Source: an uncultured Selenomonadales bacterium (lineage in GTDB: Bacteria > Bacillota > Negativicutes > Selenomonadales > Selenomonadaceae). Taken from it: a stretch of DNA of 64,000 bases. This document shows, piece after piece, positions 45,801 to 54,486 of this stretch. Both the position numbers and the translations under genes were made by a program. The notes beneath the pieces are model-generated. The model did no database searches. It was not told where the DNA came from and saw nothing but the letters and a program-made list of their open reading frames with translations. Where the stretch lies: the NCBI GenBank assembly GCA_946408105.1, contig CAMJQS010000001.1, forward strand, positions 4,077 to 68,076, given 5' to 3'. Position 1 is the first letter of the stretch, and each line of letters opens with the position of its first letter.

Positions 45801-47529
45801 TTTTTTTCTTGCGAATTTTTTCGGCCGTCTTCGGGTCAATTTTTTCCAAATAATTCAGCGGGACGACGCGCGGATTTTTTTTCGTCAGCTCGTAAAGTCT
45901 TTTGTAACTTTCCAAGGCCTTGTCGGTTTGCTTTGTCTCGTCGAAAATTTCTGCGCGCAACTTGTAAGCAATCGGATTTTTTTCGTCGAGAGCAACGGCG
46001 CGTTCAATGTCCTCAAGCGCAAGTTCCAACTCGCCGCGCATGTGTCGAACGTCCGCGCGATTTAAAAAATTATACAAATTCTTCGGGTCTTTATCAACAG
46101 CCGCGTTCGCGTCGACAAGTGCGCCGTCGTAGTCTCCGCAAATCGCCTTCGCCCGTCCGCGAATGCCGAGACACTCCGCCACGTCGTCCTGGTTTTTTGC
46201 GCGAAGGGCGCGTTCAATTTGTTTAAGCGCAAGTTCGCCCTGGCCGTGGTCGTTGTAGATGTCCGCGTTGATTCGCAGCTGCGTGGCGGCCTTGGCTTTG
46301 GCGGCGTCGGCTTCGTCACGTACCTTCGCCCAAAAAATTTTCCTCTTTTCGTCCGCCTCAAAAATTCTTTCACGCGTCCGAGGACTTTCGTATTTGTAAG
46401 CAAGCTCGACGAGCGTCTGAACTTTTTCGCCGAGGTTGTACAGATTCGACAGGGCGCGCAGCTCACGATAAGCAAGTTCGTCGTTCAAAAAATCTGTCGT
46501 GTTCCCGACGCGCCGAAAGTTCCAGCCGTCAATCGAATCGTAATCGTGGAAAGCCTTCGACAGGCCGCCCGCGAAGTAGTAAGCGTTAATCGCCGCGCTC
46601 GTGGGGTCGTCGCCCGTGTTCATCGAGTAAAAAATTTCGCGGCCGTCAATCAAAACTTTATAGGCGCGGTCGACTTTGCGAACGATGACATGGCCGCCGC
46701 CGTATTCGCTCATCATCTGCGACAATTTTGCTTCGCGCTTGTCGGTGTCGGGGTGGTCGCTGAAAGTTTGCTCGTCGGGTTTGTCGTGCGCGTCGAACTC
46801 CAAAAAGTCGCGTGTCTCGTATCGAACGTAATAGCCCAGGCGATTCATCGAGGCCGCGCCGCCGCCGGGATTAAATCCCGCGCTCGTCATCAGATAAAAA
46901 CCGCCCTCGTCGGCCTCGTATTCGGCGGGCACGTTAATATTTTTGGCGATTGAGTAATCGACCATCGCGGAAAATTTATTCCAGTCAATGTTCCTGCCGT
47001 TGTCGGCGTGCAATCCGACGATCATCGCGCCGAGCTGTTGAGCGACGGCTTGCGCGTAACTTTTAGCGGAGTGTTGCTCAAGGCCGTGAGTCATCTCGTG
47101 GGCAAGGACTGCGGCAATTTGATTTTCGTCGCCGTTCAAATTTCTGACGAGCCCGCGATTAATGCTGATGTAGTTCATCGGGTAACACGCGGCGTTAAAT
47201 TTTTCGTCGTCGTTTACGCTCCACACGAACGGCAGAGAGTTTGCTTTGAGTTCGTATTGGCCGTTGTTTACGAGACGAGTCATCACCGAGTCGACGAGTT
47301 CAACGTCGCGTTTGTTTTTGTCGACGCCGTTTTTTTCCATGTCCTGTCTGCGAACGGCCATTTGCGCGTCGACGTTGTTGCCGAGCGCGAGCATTTCCCT
47401 AAGCGTCGACTGATACGCCGCCAAAACTCCGAGAGCCTCCGCCGCGATTGCCCAGCCGTCTGCCGCGAAAACTTTCACGGGATTTAAAAGCGTCGCGACC
47501 GTCACGAGCACGATTAAAAATTTTTTCAT
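45760..47529 (-). CDS. Secreted M48-family Zn metallopeptidase with C-terminal TPR repeats
   Basis: Signal peptide MKKFLIVLVTVATLLNPVKVFA, AAVLAHEMTHGLEQH (HExxH), TPR-like C-terminal half. Confidence 0.85.
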   Translation of the reverse strand: MKKFLIVLVTVATLLNPVKVFAADGWAIAAEALGVLAAYQSTLREMLALGNNVDAQMAVRRQDMEKNGVDKNKRDVELVDSVMTRLVNNGQYELKANSLPFVWSVNDDEKFNAACYPMNYISINRGLVRNLNGDENQIAAVLAHEMTHGLEQHSAKSYAQAVAQQLGAMIVGLHADNGRNIDWNKFSAMVDYSIAKNINVPAEYEADEGGFYLMTSAGFNPGGGAASMNRLGYYVRYETRDFLEFDAHDKPDEQTFSDHPDTDKREAKLSQMMSEYGGGHVIVRKVDRAYKVLIDGREIFYSMNTGDDPTSAAINAYYFAGGLSKAFHDYDSIDGWNFRRVGNTTDFLNDELAYRELRALSNLYNLGEKVQTLVELAYKYESPRTRERIFEADEKRKIFWAKVRDEADAAKAKAATQLRINADIYNDHGQGELALKQIERALRAKNQDDVAECLGIRGRAKAICGDYDGALVDANAAVDKDPKNLYNFLNRADVRHMRGELELALEDIERAVALDEKNPIAYKLRAEIFDETKQTDKALESYKRLYELTKKNPRVVPLNYLEKIDPKTAEKIRKKKNKKETTDEEDRAA

Positions 47530-47547
47530 CTCAAAAACTCCCAACAC

Positions 47548-48792
47548 TTAACTGCTTTCCAAAGCTTGCGCCGCCGCCAAAATTCCAATCGCCGCGTGTT
47601 CGAACGTCAGCCCGCCCTGCAGATAAACCGCGAAAGGTTTTCTCAACGGTCCGTCCGCAGAAAGTTCAATCGACGCGCCCTGAACGAACGTGCCCGCCGC
47701 CATGATTACTTGGTCTTCGTAGCCGGGCATGTCCCACGGCTCCGGCGACGCGAACGAATCGACGGGCGAAAATTTTTGTATCGTTTGACAAAATTTTATC
47801 AATCGTTCGGCCGAGCCGAGTTCAATCGCTTGAATTATATCGCCGCGAATTTCTTCGGGCAACGGGCTTGTTTTGTATCCGAGCTTTGAAAAAATTCCCG
47901 CCGCGAAAATTGCGCCCTTGAGTGCTTGAGCCGTGACGTGCGGAGCCAAAAACAATCCTTGATACAAAAGACGCGGCGTCCCCAAACTCGCGCCGAGTTC
48001 GTCGCCCATGCCCGGTGCCGTCAATCGATACGACGCAAGCTCGACCAAATTTTTTTTGCCGACGATGTAGCCGCCCGTCGGAGCCAAACCGCCGCCGATA
48101 TTTTTTATCAAGCTGCCCGCCGCCAAATCCGCGCCGACCTCGACGGGCTCGCGCGTCTCGACGAATTCGCCGTAGCAATTGTCGACGAACGTTACGCAAT
48201 TTTTGTTGACGGCTTTGACCGCCGCGCAAATTTTTTCGATGTCGCAAGTCGTGAGCGGCGCACGCAAGGAGTAGCCTCGACTGCGCTGAATCAAAGCAAG
48301 TTTTGTTTTAGGCGTGACGAAATTTTTTATCGCGTCCACGTCAACTTTCCCGCCGACTAAATTTAATTCGCGGTAGCCGATGCCGAATTCTTTCAGCGAA
48401 CCTTTTGCCGCGTGCGCGTGCCCGATGACCGTCTGCAACGTGTCGTAGGGTGCGCCCGTCAAAGAAACCATTTCGTCGCCGGGGCGAAGGATTCCAAATA
48501 AGACAGTCGCCAGCGCGTGAGTGCCCGAAACAAATTGCGTGCGAACGAGTGCCGCCTCCGCTGAAAAAATTTCCGCAAAAAGTTCGTCCAATTTTTCGCG
48601 GCCGATGTCGCCGTAAGCGTAGCCCGTCGACGTTTTAAAGTGCGCGTCAGAAATTTTCAGCCGCCGCATTGCCTCCAAAACTTTCAGCGTGTTGTGCTCG
48701 GAAATTTCTTCGACGCGGGAAAAATTTTCTGCCGCCTCCGTGAGCACAATTTTTTTTAAATCAATCAGTCGTTGTGAAAAAATTTTAATCAC
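47548..48792 (-). CDS. Methionine-gamma-lyase-family PLP protein (YnbB / aluminium-resistance family)
   Basis: ...HFKTSTGYAYGDIGREKLDELFAEIFSAEAALVRTQFVSGTHAL...; GTG start overlapping radA stop (GTGA). Confidence 0.75.
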   Translation of the reverse strand: MIKIFSQRLIDLKKIVLTEAAENFSRVEEISEHNTLKVLEAMRRLKISDAHFKTSTGYAYGDIGREKLDELFAEIFSAEAALVRTQFVSGTHALATVLFGILRPGDEMVSLTGAPYDTLQTVIGHAHAAKGSLKEFGIGYRELNLVGGKVDVDAIKNFVTPKTKLALIQRSRGYSLRAPLTTCDIEKICAAVKAVNKNCVTFVDNCYGEFVETREPVEVGADLAAGSLIKNIGGGLAPTGGYIVGKKNLVELASYRLTAPGMGDELGASLGTPRLLYQGLFLAPHVTAQALKGAIFAAGIFSKLGYKTSPLPEEIRGDIIQAIELGSAERLIKFCQTIQKFSPVDSFASPEPWDMPGYEDQVIMAAGTFVQGASIELSADGPLRKPFAVYLQGGLTFEHAAIGILAAAQALESS

Positions 48793-50156
48793 TCCCTCGG
48801 CATGGAAATTTTCAGGGCGTCGCGCAGGTTGTCGACGGAAAAAATTTTCGCTCTGTCCGTCGCCTTCGACACCTCCGAAAAATTTTTCTTCGGCAAAATA
48901 ATATTCGTGAAGCCCATGCGCAAAGATTCGTCGACGCGTTGCCTGGCTTTGCTTACCGCGCGAACCTCGCCGCTCAAGCCGACCTCGCCGAAGATGACGC
49001 ATTGCGGCAAAATTTTTCTGTTCGCGAAACTCGACGCAAGAGCAATGGCCAGCGGCAAGTCCGTCGCGGGCTCGTCGATTTTTATTCCGCCCGCCGTCTT
49101 AACGTAAACGTCGCAAGCCCCGATGCTCAAATGCAAACGCTTTTCCAAAACCGCCAGCAAAAGTTGAATTCGTTTTATGTCCACGGCGTCTGAAGTTCTT
49201 CGCGGCGGCATGAAAGGCGTCGGCGCAACCAACGCTTGAACTTCGACGAGGAGCGGGCGCGTGCCTTCGACCGTCGGGACGATGACGCTGCCGATGTCGT
49301 CGGCTCGTTCGGGCAAAAATAATTTCGACGCGTCGGGCACGTCCTCCAAGCCCGTGTCGCGCATTTCAAACAATCCGATTTCACTCGTCGCGCCGAATCG
49401 ATTTTTTATCGCCCGCAAAACTCTGAAGTCGGCATTTCGTTCGCCTTCAAAAAATAAAACCGTGTCGACGATGTGTTCCAAAACTCTCGGCCCGGCCAAG
49501 CTGCCGTCCTTCGTCACGTGCCCGATTATAAAAGTTGTCACGCCCAAACTTTTCGACAGCTGCATCAAGCCCGCCGAACACTCGCGCACCTGTGAAACGC
49601 TGCCCGGTGCGCTCTCGATTTCCGAACGATAAATTGTTTGAATCGAATCGACGATTAAAAGTTCCGGCTGAAGTTTTTCGACGTGATGAGTGATTCGCTC
49701 GAAATTATTTTCCGCGCAAATGTAAAGCTCGTCGGCCAACGCGTTCAAGCGTTCGGCTCGCATTCTGATTTGCCTGGAGCTTTCCTCGCCCGTCACGTAC
49801 AAAACTTTTTTTCCGCCGCGTGCCACATTCGCGCACACCGCCAAAGTCAAACTCGATTTGCCGACGCCGGGGTCGCCCGCGATTAAAATTATTGAGCCGG
49901 GAATCAATCCGCCGCCCAACACTCTGTCCAGCTCGCCCGAACCCGTCATGAAACGCGGCAACTCTTCCATGTCGACTTCGGCAATTCTCCTCGGCGTCTC
50001 GAAGGTCGGCAGCGCGTGAGAATTTTTTTCCGCGGAAGAAATTTCTTCCTCCTCAACGAGCGTGTTCCACCTGCCGCACGTCGGACACTTGCCCAACCAT
50101 TTGACGGACTCCGCGCCGCACTCTTGGCAAACGTATTTTGTTTTTTTCTTCGCCAT
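48789..50156 (-). CDS. radA: DNA repair protein RadA/Sms
   Basis: MAKKKTKYVCQECGAESVKWLGKCPTCGRWNT zinc finger, GDPGVGKSSL Walker A, KNRFG motif, Lon-like C-terminus. Confidence 0.95.
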   Translation of the reverse strand: MAKKKTKYVCQECGAESVKWLGKCPTCGRWNTLVEEEEISSAEKNSHALPTFETPRRIAEVDMEELPRFMTGSGELDRVLGGGLIPGSIILIAGDPGVGKSSLTLAVCANVARGGKKVLYVTGEESSRQIRMRAERLNALADELYICAENNFERITHHVEKLQPELLIVDSIQTIYRSEIESAPGSVSQVRECSAGLMQLSKSLGVTTFIIGHVTKDGSLAGPRVLEHIVDTVLFFEGERNADFRVLRAIKNRFGATSEIGLFEMRDTGLEDVPDASKLFLPERADDIGSVIVPTVEGTRPLLVEVQALVAPTPFMPPRRTSDAVDIKRIQLLLAVLEKRLHLSIGACDVYVKTAGGIKIDEPATDLPLAIALASSFANRKILPQCVIFGEVGLSGEVRAVSKARQRVDESLRMGFTNIILPKKNFSEVSKATDRAKIFSVDNLRDALKISMPRE

Positions 50157-50253
50157 AAATTTCAACTCTTCAAAAAAATTTTTCGTCATTATATCACACG
50201 CGGAAAAAATTTTTTTGCAAAAGTTCTCGTCGTCGACGAACAGATTTTCGCGC

Positions 50254-50282
50254 TTGATTCGCCGCGAGCTTTGTCATAAAAT
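50254..50282 (+). promoter_or_regulatory. Sigma-70-like promoter for the SIMPL-domain gene
   Basis: TTGATT - 17 nt - TAAAAT read directly. Confidence 0.5.
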
Positions 50283-50300
50283 ATTTTTGAGGTGATGGAC

Positions 50301-51011
50301 GTGAAAAAAATTTTTACTCTGACATTTTTAATCGCGATGATTTTTTGCGCGACGACGTTCGCCGAAGAAATTCCGCCGCCGATAATTTCCGTGAGCGGTG
50401 AAGGCGTCGTCGAAGCTCAACCCGACCGCGCGACAATTTCCGTGGGCGTCGTCACTCGCGAAAAAAATCCTTCCGCCGTTCAAGCCGCCAACGCTCGCGC
50501 CGCCTCGAACGTCATCAACTCGATTGTCGCGCTGGGTGTCGAACGCAAAAATATTTCGACGGGCAATTACAGTTTCAATCCCGTCTATCGGCACCACGAC
50601 AACGGCAAGAGGACGCTCGACGGCTACGAGGCGACAAATTCCGTGACGGTCATCGTCGACGATTTAAATCTTGTCGGAAAAATTATCGACGCGGCTTTGA
50701 ATCACGGAGCAAATCGTGTCGACAGTTTGAACTTCGGCCTGCGCAACAAAGCAGCTTATCAAGACGAAGCGTTGAGGCTGGCCGTCCTGGACGCGAAGAG
50801 AAAAGCTCAAGTGGCGGCCGCCGCCCTCGGCAAAAATATTTTGAGCGTCCGCAGCGTTTCGATTAATTCAAGCCACGTTTCCGCCCCGCGAAATTATAAA
50901 ATGGCGCGCGCCTCGGCAATGGAAGACGCCGCCGAATTTGAAACGCCGATTGAAAGCGGAACGTTGACTTGCGCGGCGTCCGTTCACGTCGAATTTGAAA
51001 TCAGCCGGTGA
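50301..51011 (+). CDS. SIMPL/DUF541-domain periplasmic protein (YggE-like)
   Basis: Signal peptide (M)KKIFTLTFLIAMIFCATTFA, ISVSGEGVVEAQPDRATISVGV...; start uncertain (GTG 50301 with GAGG 8 nt upstream, or ATG 50295). Confidence 0.75.
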   Translation: MKKIFTLTFLIAMIFCATTFAEEIPPPIISVSGEGVVEAQPDRATISVGVVTREKNPSAVQAANARAASNVINSIVALGVERKNISTGNYSFNPVYRHHDNGKRTLDGYEATNSVTVIVDDLNLVGKIIDAALNHGANRVDSLNFGLRNKAAYQDEALRLAVLDAKRKAQVAAAALGKNILSVRSVSINSSHVSAPRNYKMARASAMEDAAEFETPIESGTLTCAASVHVEFEISR

Positions 51012-51013
51012 TA

Positions 51014-51073
51014 GGTGTCGGGTGTCAGGGGTCAGGAGGTTTTAGCTGAAACCTGAAACCTGAAACCTAAAAA
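51014..51073. repeat. Two facing heptanucleotide arrays: GGTGTCG GGTGTCA GGGGTCA and CTGAAAC x3
   Basis: Read directly; the arms can pair imperfectly (7 of 8 positions per unit). Confidence 0.85.
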
Positions 51074-51077
51074 AATC

Positions 51078-51106
51078 TTGCAAGTGCTCGGCAAATATTG
51101 TAAAAT
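51078..51106 (+). promoter_or_regulatory. Sigma-70-like promoter for the FliD-like gene
   Basis: TTGCAA - 17 nt - TAAAAT read directly. Confidence 0.5.
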
Positions 51107-51153
51107 CAAAAAAAGTTTTAAGGACAGTTTTCAATTCAGGGAAGGTGATTAAC

Positions 51154-51960
51154 ATGGCAGGAATAAATTCTTTGGGCGGCCTCGCGAATTCTGCCTGGCT
51201 CTTTAACTCGAACAATCAAAAACAAAATTCAATCAATCAGCTGTGGAGTGCTTACGGAAATTTTCAATCGAACGCGACGAGCGCACTTGCCGGGCTGACT
51301 GAAGTAAACGCCGGCCTCAAAAATGTTTTGGCCAGCTACGACGACGCGAAGAATGCTTTCCAATCCGAATTCTCGGAGGCAATGGAAAACTTGAGCGCGT
51401 CCGCCGACAAACTCAAAACTTACAACTTCAACGTGGAAAAGGAAGGCGCGATAACCAATACGACCTCCACCGACGACAAAGGCGTAACGACCACGACGAC
51501 AACTTACAGCAAAGACATGCAGGCGGCTCTCGACACCGTGAAAAATTTCGTCGACGATTACAACAGCGCGGTAAAATTTTTCGGCGAACACTCCACCGTT
51601 TCCAAACGCATTGAGCAAATGGCGACGACCTTCGGCGACACAAGCTATCGTTCTTCGCTCTATTCGTCAATCGGTTTGATGACGGGCGCGGACGGTTCGT
51701 TGACAATCGACGAGACAAAACTTGCCGACACGATTTTGAACAATCCCGATAAAGTTTCTTCAATCCTCGGCAAGGACGGCCTGGCGGGCAAAGCGGAAAG
51801 TCATATCAGTTTCGCCAACAGCCAAGCCGATAAACTTTTCCCGACCGCCAAAGAAATGCTCGGCGACCAACTCGACACAGCCTCGCTTTACACCGGCAAG
51901 GCCTATCGAAACATGACGGCTTACAGCAACATGGGCAACTTGATTAACATGATGTTCTGA
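51154..51960 (+). CDS. Short FliD-like flagellar filament cap protein (268 aa)
   Basis: ALDTVKNFVDDYNSAVKFF...SSIGLMTGADGSLTIDETKLADTILNNPDKVSSIL matches the FliD C-terminal domain pattern; the central domains of canonical FliD are absent. Confidence 0.55.
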   Translation: MAGINSLGGLANSAWLFNSNNQKQNSINQLWSAYGNFQSNATSALAGLTEVNAGLKNVLASYDDAKNAFQSEFSEAMENLSASADKLKTYNFNVEKEGAITNTTSTDDKGVTTTTTTYSKDMQAALDTVKNFVDDYNSAVKFFGEHSTVSKRIEQMATTFGDTSYRSSLYSSIGLMTGADGSLTIDETKLADTILNNPDKVSSILGKDGLAGKAESHISFANSQADKLFPTAKEMLGDQLDTASLYTGKAYRNMTAYSNMGNLINMMF

Positions 51961-52027
51961 AAAATTTTTGCTCGAAATAAAAAGTGCTCGTCGAAAAGTG
52001 ACGGGCATTTTTTTTGGAGTGAGGAAG

Positions 52028-52528
52028 ATGATAAGAGAGCTTGCAAAAAAATTGGCGGCGTTCACGGAGCTCGTCGGCTGCGTGATAATCGAATTAAAAT
52101 TTCGGCGCGGCAAGTTTGAATCAAGCGCGGAAATTTTAAAAAATCATTCGGCGATGGCTCTGGTTCGCGTGCGTTCGTCGGAGGCGGAACTTTTGCTCAA
52201 GCTGATTCGTCCGCGCGAAGAAATTCAATCGGCACTGGGCAACAGAATTCAATCGACGGAAAAAGTTTGGAGAATTTTTACGGCGTCGGAAATTTTTGCC
52301 TTCGCGGACGAGGCCGGCGACGAAAATAAAATTTTCCGTTTCAACCCGCCGATTGTCCCCGCGCTTTTGATTTTGGAAACGCTCTGCTCGGAATTCGCCG
52401 CGAACTTCATCAAGCTCAAGTTCAAAAATTTTATCACGGCGGGCGAGCCGCTCTCCTTGTCGGTCGTCGGCAATCGTTTTGAAATTAAAAGTGCGGGCGT
52501 CAAAAAAATTTCGGGCGAATTTTATTAA
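52028..52528 (+). CDS. Hypothetical protein with degenerate MaoC/hotdog-like C-terminal half
   Basis: FAFADEAGDENKIFRFNPPIVPALLILETL resembles the MaoC FAxxSGDxNPIH...HG segment; RBS GGAGTGAGGAAG. Confidence 0.45.
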   Translation: MIRELAKKLAAFTELVGCVIIELKFRRGKFESSAEILKNHSAMALVRVRSSEAELLLKLIRPREEIQSALGNRIQSTEKVWRIFTASEIFAFADEAGDENKIFRFNPPIVPALLILETLCSEFAANFIKLKFKNFITAGEPLSLSVVGNRFEIKSAGVKKISGEFY

Positions 52529-52530
52529 AC

Positions 52531-52567
52531 AAAAAAACCTCGGACGATTTGTTCCGAGATTTTTTTT
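52531..52567. terminator. Bidirectional terminator between convergent genes
   Basis: A7 - CTCGGA-CGATTTGT-TCCGAG - AT8. Confidence 0.8.
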
Positions 52568-52580
52568 CGGAGGAGGGTTT

Positions 52581-52907
52581 TTAGCAGATGAAGTCTCTGT
52601 TCCTGTAGTTGTGAATCGCGGTGTTCATGGCTTCGGTTTCGGTGAGGGTGCGAATCTTTTGCCCTTGGCGGTCGAGGAGGAAGTACTCGTTGTCGTTGAA
52701 GCCGCCGTGGTCTTTAATCTTCACGCCGCAACGGAAGAGGATGTCGCGGAACTGTTCGCGCTGCTGGCCGGCGTTGCCGTCGAAGCGGAAGCCTGTTTCT
52801 CTGGTGAACCTGTTCATGTCGTCGTAGGTCTGTGCGAGGGTGCCGCCCGCCACATTGTCGAGTTCTTCGTCTTTGAGGATTTCGTCTTTGAGAATTTCTT
52901 TTGCCAT
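52581..52907 (-). CDS. Double-glycine-leader polypeptide precursor (108 aa; predicted 86-aa hydrophilic mature part)
   Basis: MAKEILKDEILKDEELDNVAGG|TLAQTYDD...; leader matches the LxxxELxxVxGG export-leader pattern; strong RBS AAAGGAGAC and TATAAT promoter. Confidence 0.7.
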   Translation of the reverse strand: MAKEILKDEILKDEELDNVAGGTLAQTYDDMNRFTRETGFRFDGNAGQQREQFRDILFRCGVKIKDHGGFNDNEYFLLDRQGQKIRTLTETEAMNTAIHNYRNRDFIC

Positions 52908-52953
52908 TTTAATCTGTCTCCTTTTGTAAGGTGTTGAAATTTTTTTCCTGTTT

Positions 52954-52982
52954 ATTATACGTCAGCCGGAGGATTTTGTTAC
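52954..52982 (-). promoter_or_regulatory. Promoter P1 of the GG-leader gene
   Basis: Minus strand GTAACA - 17 nt - TATAAT. Confidence 0.55.
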
Positions 52983-53047
52983 AGCTTTGAAAAAAATTTT
53001 TTCGGCTCGCGGCGTCGGAAGATGTCTTTTAAAATTTTGTTCGTCAT
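52979..53047 (-). other. 22-codon relic ORF MTNKILKDIFRRREPKKFFSKL, a duplicated and truncated 5' end of the GG-leader gene
   Basis: Preceded by AAAGGAGGC and a second promoter copy; first 8 codons parallel MAKEILKD; stop codon lies in the -35 of P1. Confidence 0.5.
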
Positions 53048-53092
53048 TTTAATTTGCCTCCTTTGTCTTTGCTTGAATTTTTCTTTCTGCGT

Positions 53093-53121
53093 CTTATACG
53101 TTCGCCGAAGAATTTTGTTAC
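53093..53121 (-). promoter_or_regulatory. Promoter P2, a duplicate of P1
   Basis: Minus strand GTAACA - 17 nt - TATAAG, same spacing and flanks as P1, 140 bp upstream. Confidence 0.5.
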
Positions 53122-53166
53122 ACGCTGGAAAAAAATTTTCCTCCGACTTTTGCCGAAGGAAATTTT

Positions 53167-54486
53167 TTAATCGACGACCGAGCCAAACACTCCGTCCTTG
53201 TGCAGGCGTTCGATTTTTATTTTGACGACCGAGCCGAGGCGAATATTTTTTTCGGGCGAATAGACGCGGACATAATTTTTCGTCAGGCCGTCGACGATTC
53301 CGTCCGTCGAAGTTTCCGCGATTATTTCGACCGTCTTGCCGATTAATCGTTCAGAAAAAATTTTTGTCTTCGCCCGCGAAATTTCCAAGACTTGAGCCGC
53401 GCGGGATTTTTTTGTCTGCGGAGAAATTTGATTGGGCATCGTCGCCGCCAAAGTTCCCGCCCGCGCCGAAAACGGGAAGACGTGAATTTTGCTGAACGGT
53501 TGCGCTTGAAGAAATTTCAGCGTCTCGAAAAAATTTTCGTCGGTCTCGCCGGGGAAGCCGACAATTAAATCCGTGCCGATTGAAATTTGCGGAACCTCTT
53601 CGACAAGGCGCGCAGTCAGCTCCGAAAAATTTTTCGTCATGTACGGGCGACGCATCGCCTTTAAAATTTCGTCGCTGCCCGACTGCAACGGCAAGTGAAC
53701 GTGATTGCAAATGCGGCCGTCGTTTTTTATCAAGTCAATCAGCGCGTCGGTCATCTCCGCCGATTCAATCGAACCGAGCCGCAAGCGCAGAGGATTGGCC
53801 GCGTCGAGAACAATTTTAATCGCGTCGACGAGAGAAATTCCCTGCCCCCTGAACCCTGACACCTGACCCCTTAAATCCCGCCCGTAAGCTCCGATGTGAA
53901 TTCCCGTCAAAACAATTTCTTTGAAGCCCGCCGCTTTTAATTCCAAACACTCCGCGCGAATGCTTTCAAGGGGGCGGCTCCTCACGCGACCGCGAACGTA
54001 AGGAATTATGCAGTAGGAACAAAAATTGTTGCAACCGTCTTCAATCTTCAAAAAAGCTCGCGTGCGGTGCGGGCTGTGCGGAAGCTCTTCAAACTCGCGG
54101 ATGTCTTCGACGCTGCCGACTTGAAAAATTTTTTCGCGACGATTAATCGCGGCCTCGACAAGTTCGACAATTTTTGTCCTGTCTTTCGTGCCGATTATCA
54201 CGTCCACGCCGTCAATCTTTGAAATTTCTTCGGGCTCGCTTTGCGCGTAGCAGCCGACGACGACCACCACGCAATTTTTTTTTGCCGCGCGACGAATCAT
54301 CTGCCGCGACTTTTGCGAACTTACTGCCGTGACTGTGCACGTGTTCACGACGACGACTTGAGCCTCCGAAATTTTTTCCGCGATTGTCCAGCCCGCCGCC
54401 TCGAAAAGTTTTTGCATGGCCTCCGTCTCGTATTGATTGACTTTGCAGCCCAGCGTTTGGAAAAAAATTTTTTTAACTCCGTTCAT
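53167..54486 (-). CDS. mtaB: tRNA methylthiotransferase (radical SAM, MtaB/MiaB family)
   Basis: IFFQTLGCKVNQYETEAM..., CNNFCSYCIIPYVRG radical-SAM cluster, TRAM-like C-terminus. Confidence 0.85.
   Translation of the reverse strand: MNGVKKIFFQTLGCKVNQYETEAMQKLFEAAGWTIAEKISEAQVVVVNTCTVTAVSSQKSRQMIRRAAKKNCVVVVVGCYAQSEPEEISKIDGVDVIIGTKDRTKIVELVEAAINRREKIFQVGSVEDIREFEELPHSPHRTRAFLKIEDGCNNFCSYCIIPYVRGRVRSRPLESIRAECLELKAAGFKEIVLTGIHIGAYGRDLRGQVSGFRGQGISLVDAIKIVLDAANPLRLRLGSIESAEMTDALIDLIKNDGRICNHVHLPLQSGSDEILKAMRRPYMTKNFSELTARLVEEVPQISIGTDLIVGFPGETDENFFETLKFLQAQPFSKIHVFPFSARAGTLAATMPNQISPQTKKSRAAQVLEISRAKTKIFSERLIGKTVEIIAETSTDGIVDGLTKNYVRVYSPEKNIRLGSVVKIKIERLHKDGVFGSVVD
53841..53868. repeat. Four tandem heptads (CCTGCCC CCTGAAC CCTGACA CCTGACC) inside the mtaB coding sequence
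   Basis: Read directly; the minus strand encodes GQVSGFRGQG; related to the GGTGTCA array at 51014. Confidence 0.85.

Noticed and set aside
51001-51153. Possible sixth duplication-flanked cassette around the 51014 heptad hairpin
   Set aside because: The flanking similarity is limited to tcag..ggtgat with indels, too short and degenerate to distinguish from chance.
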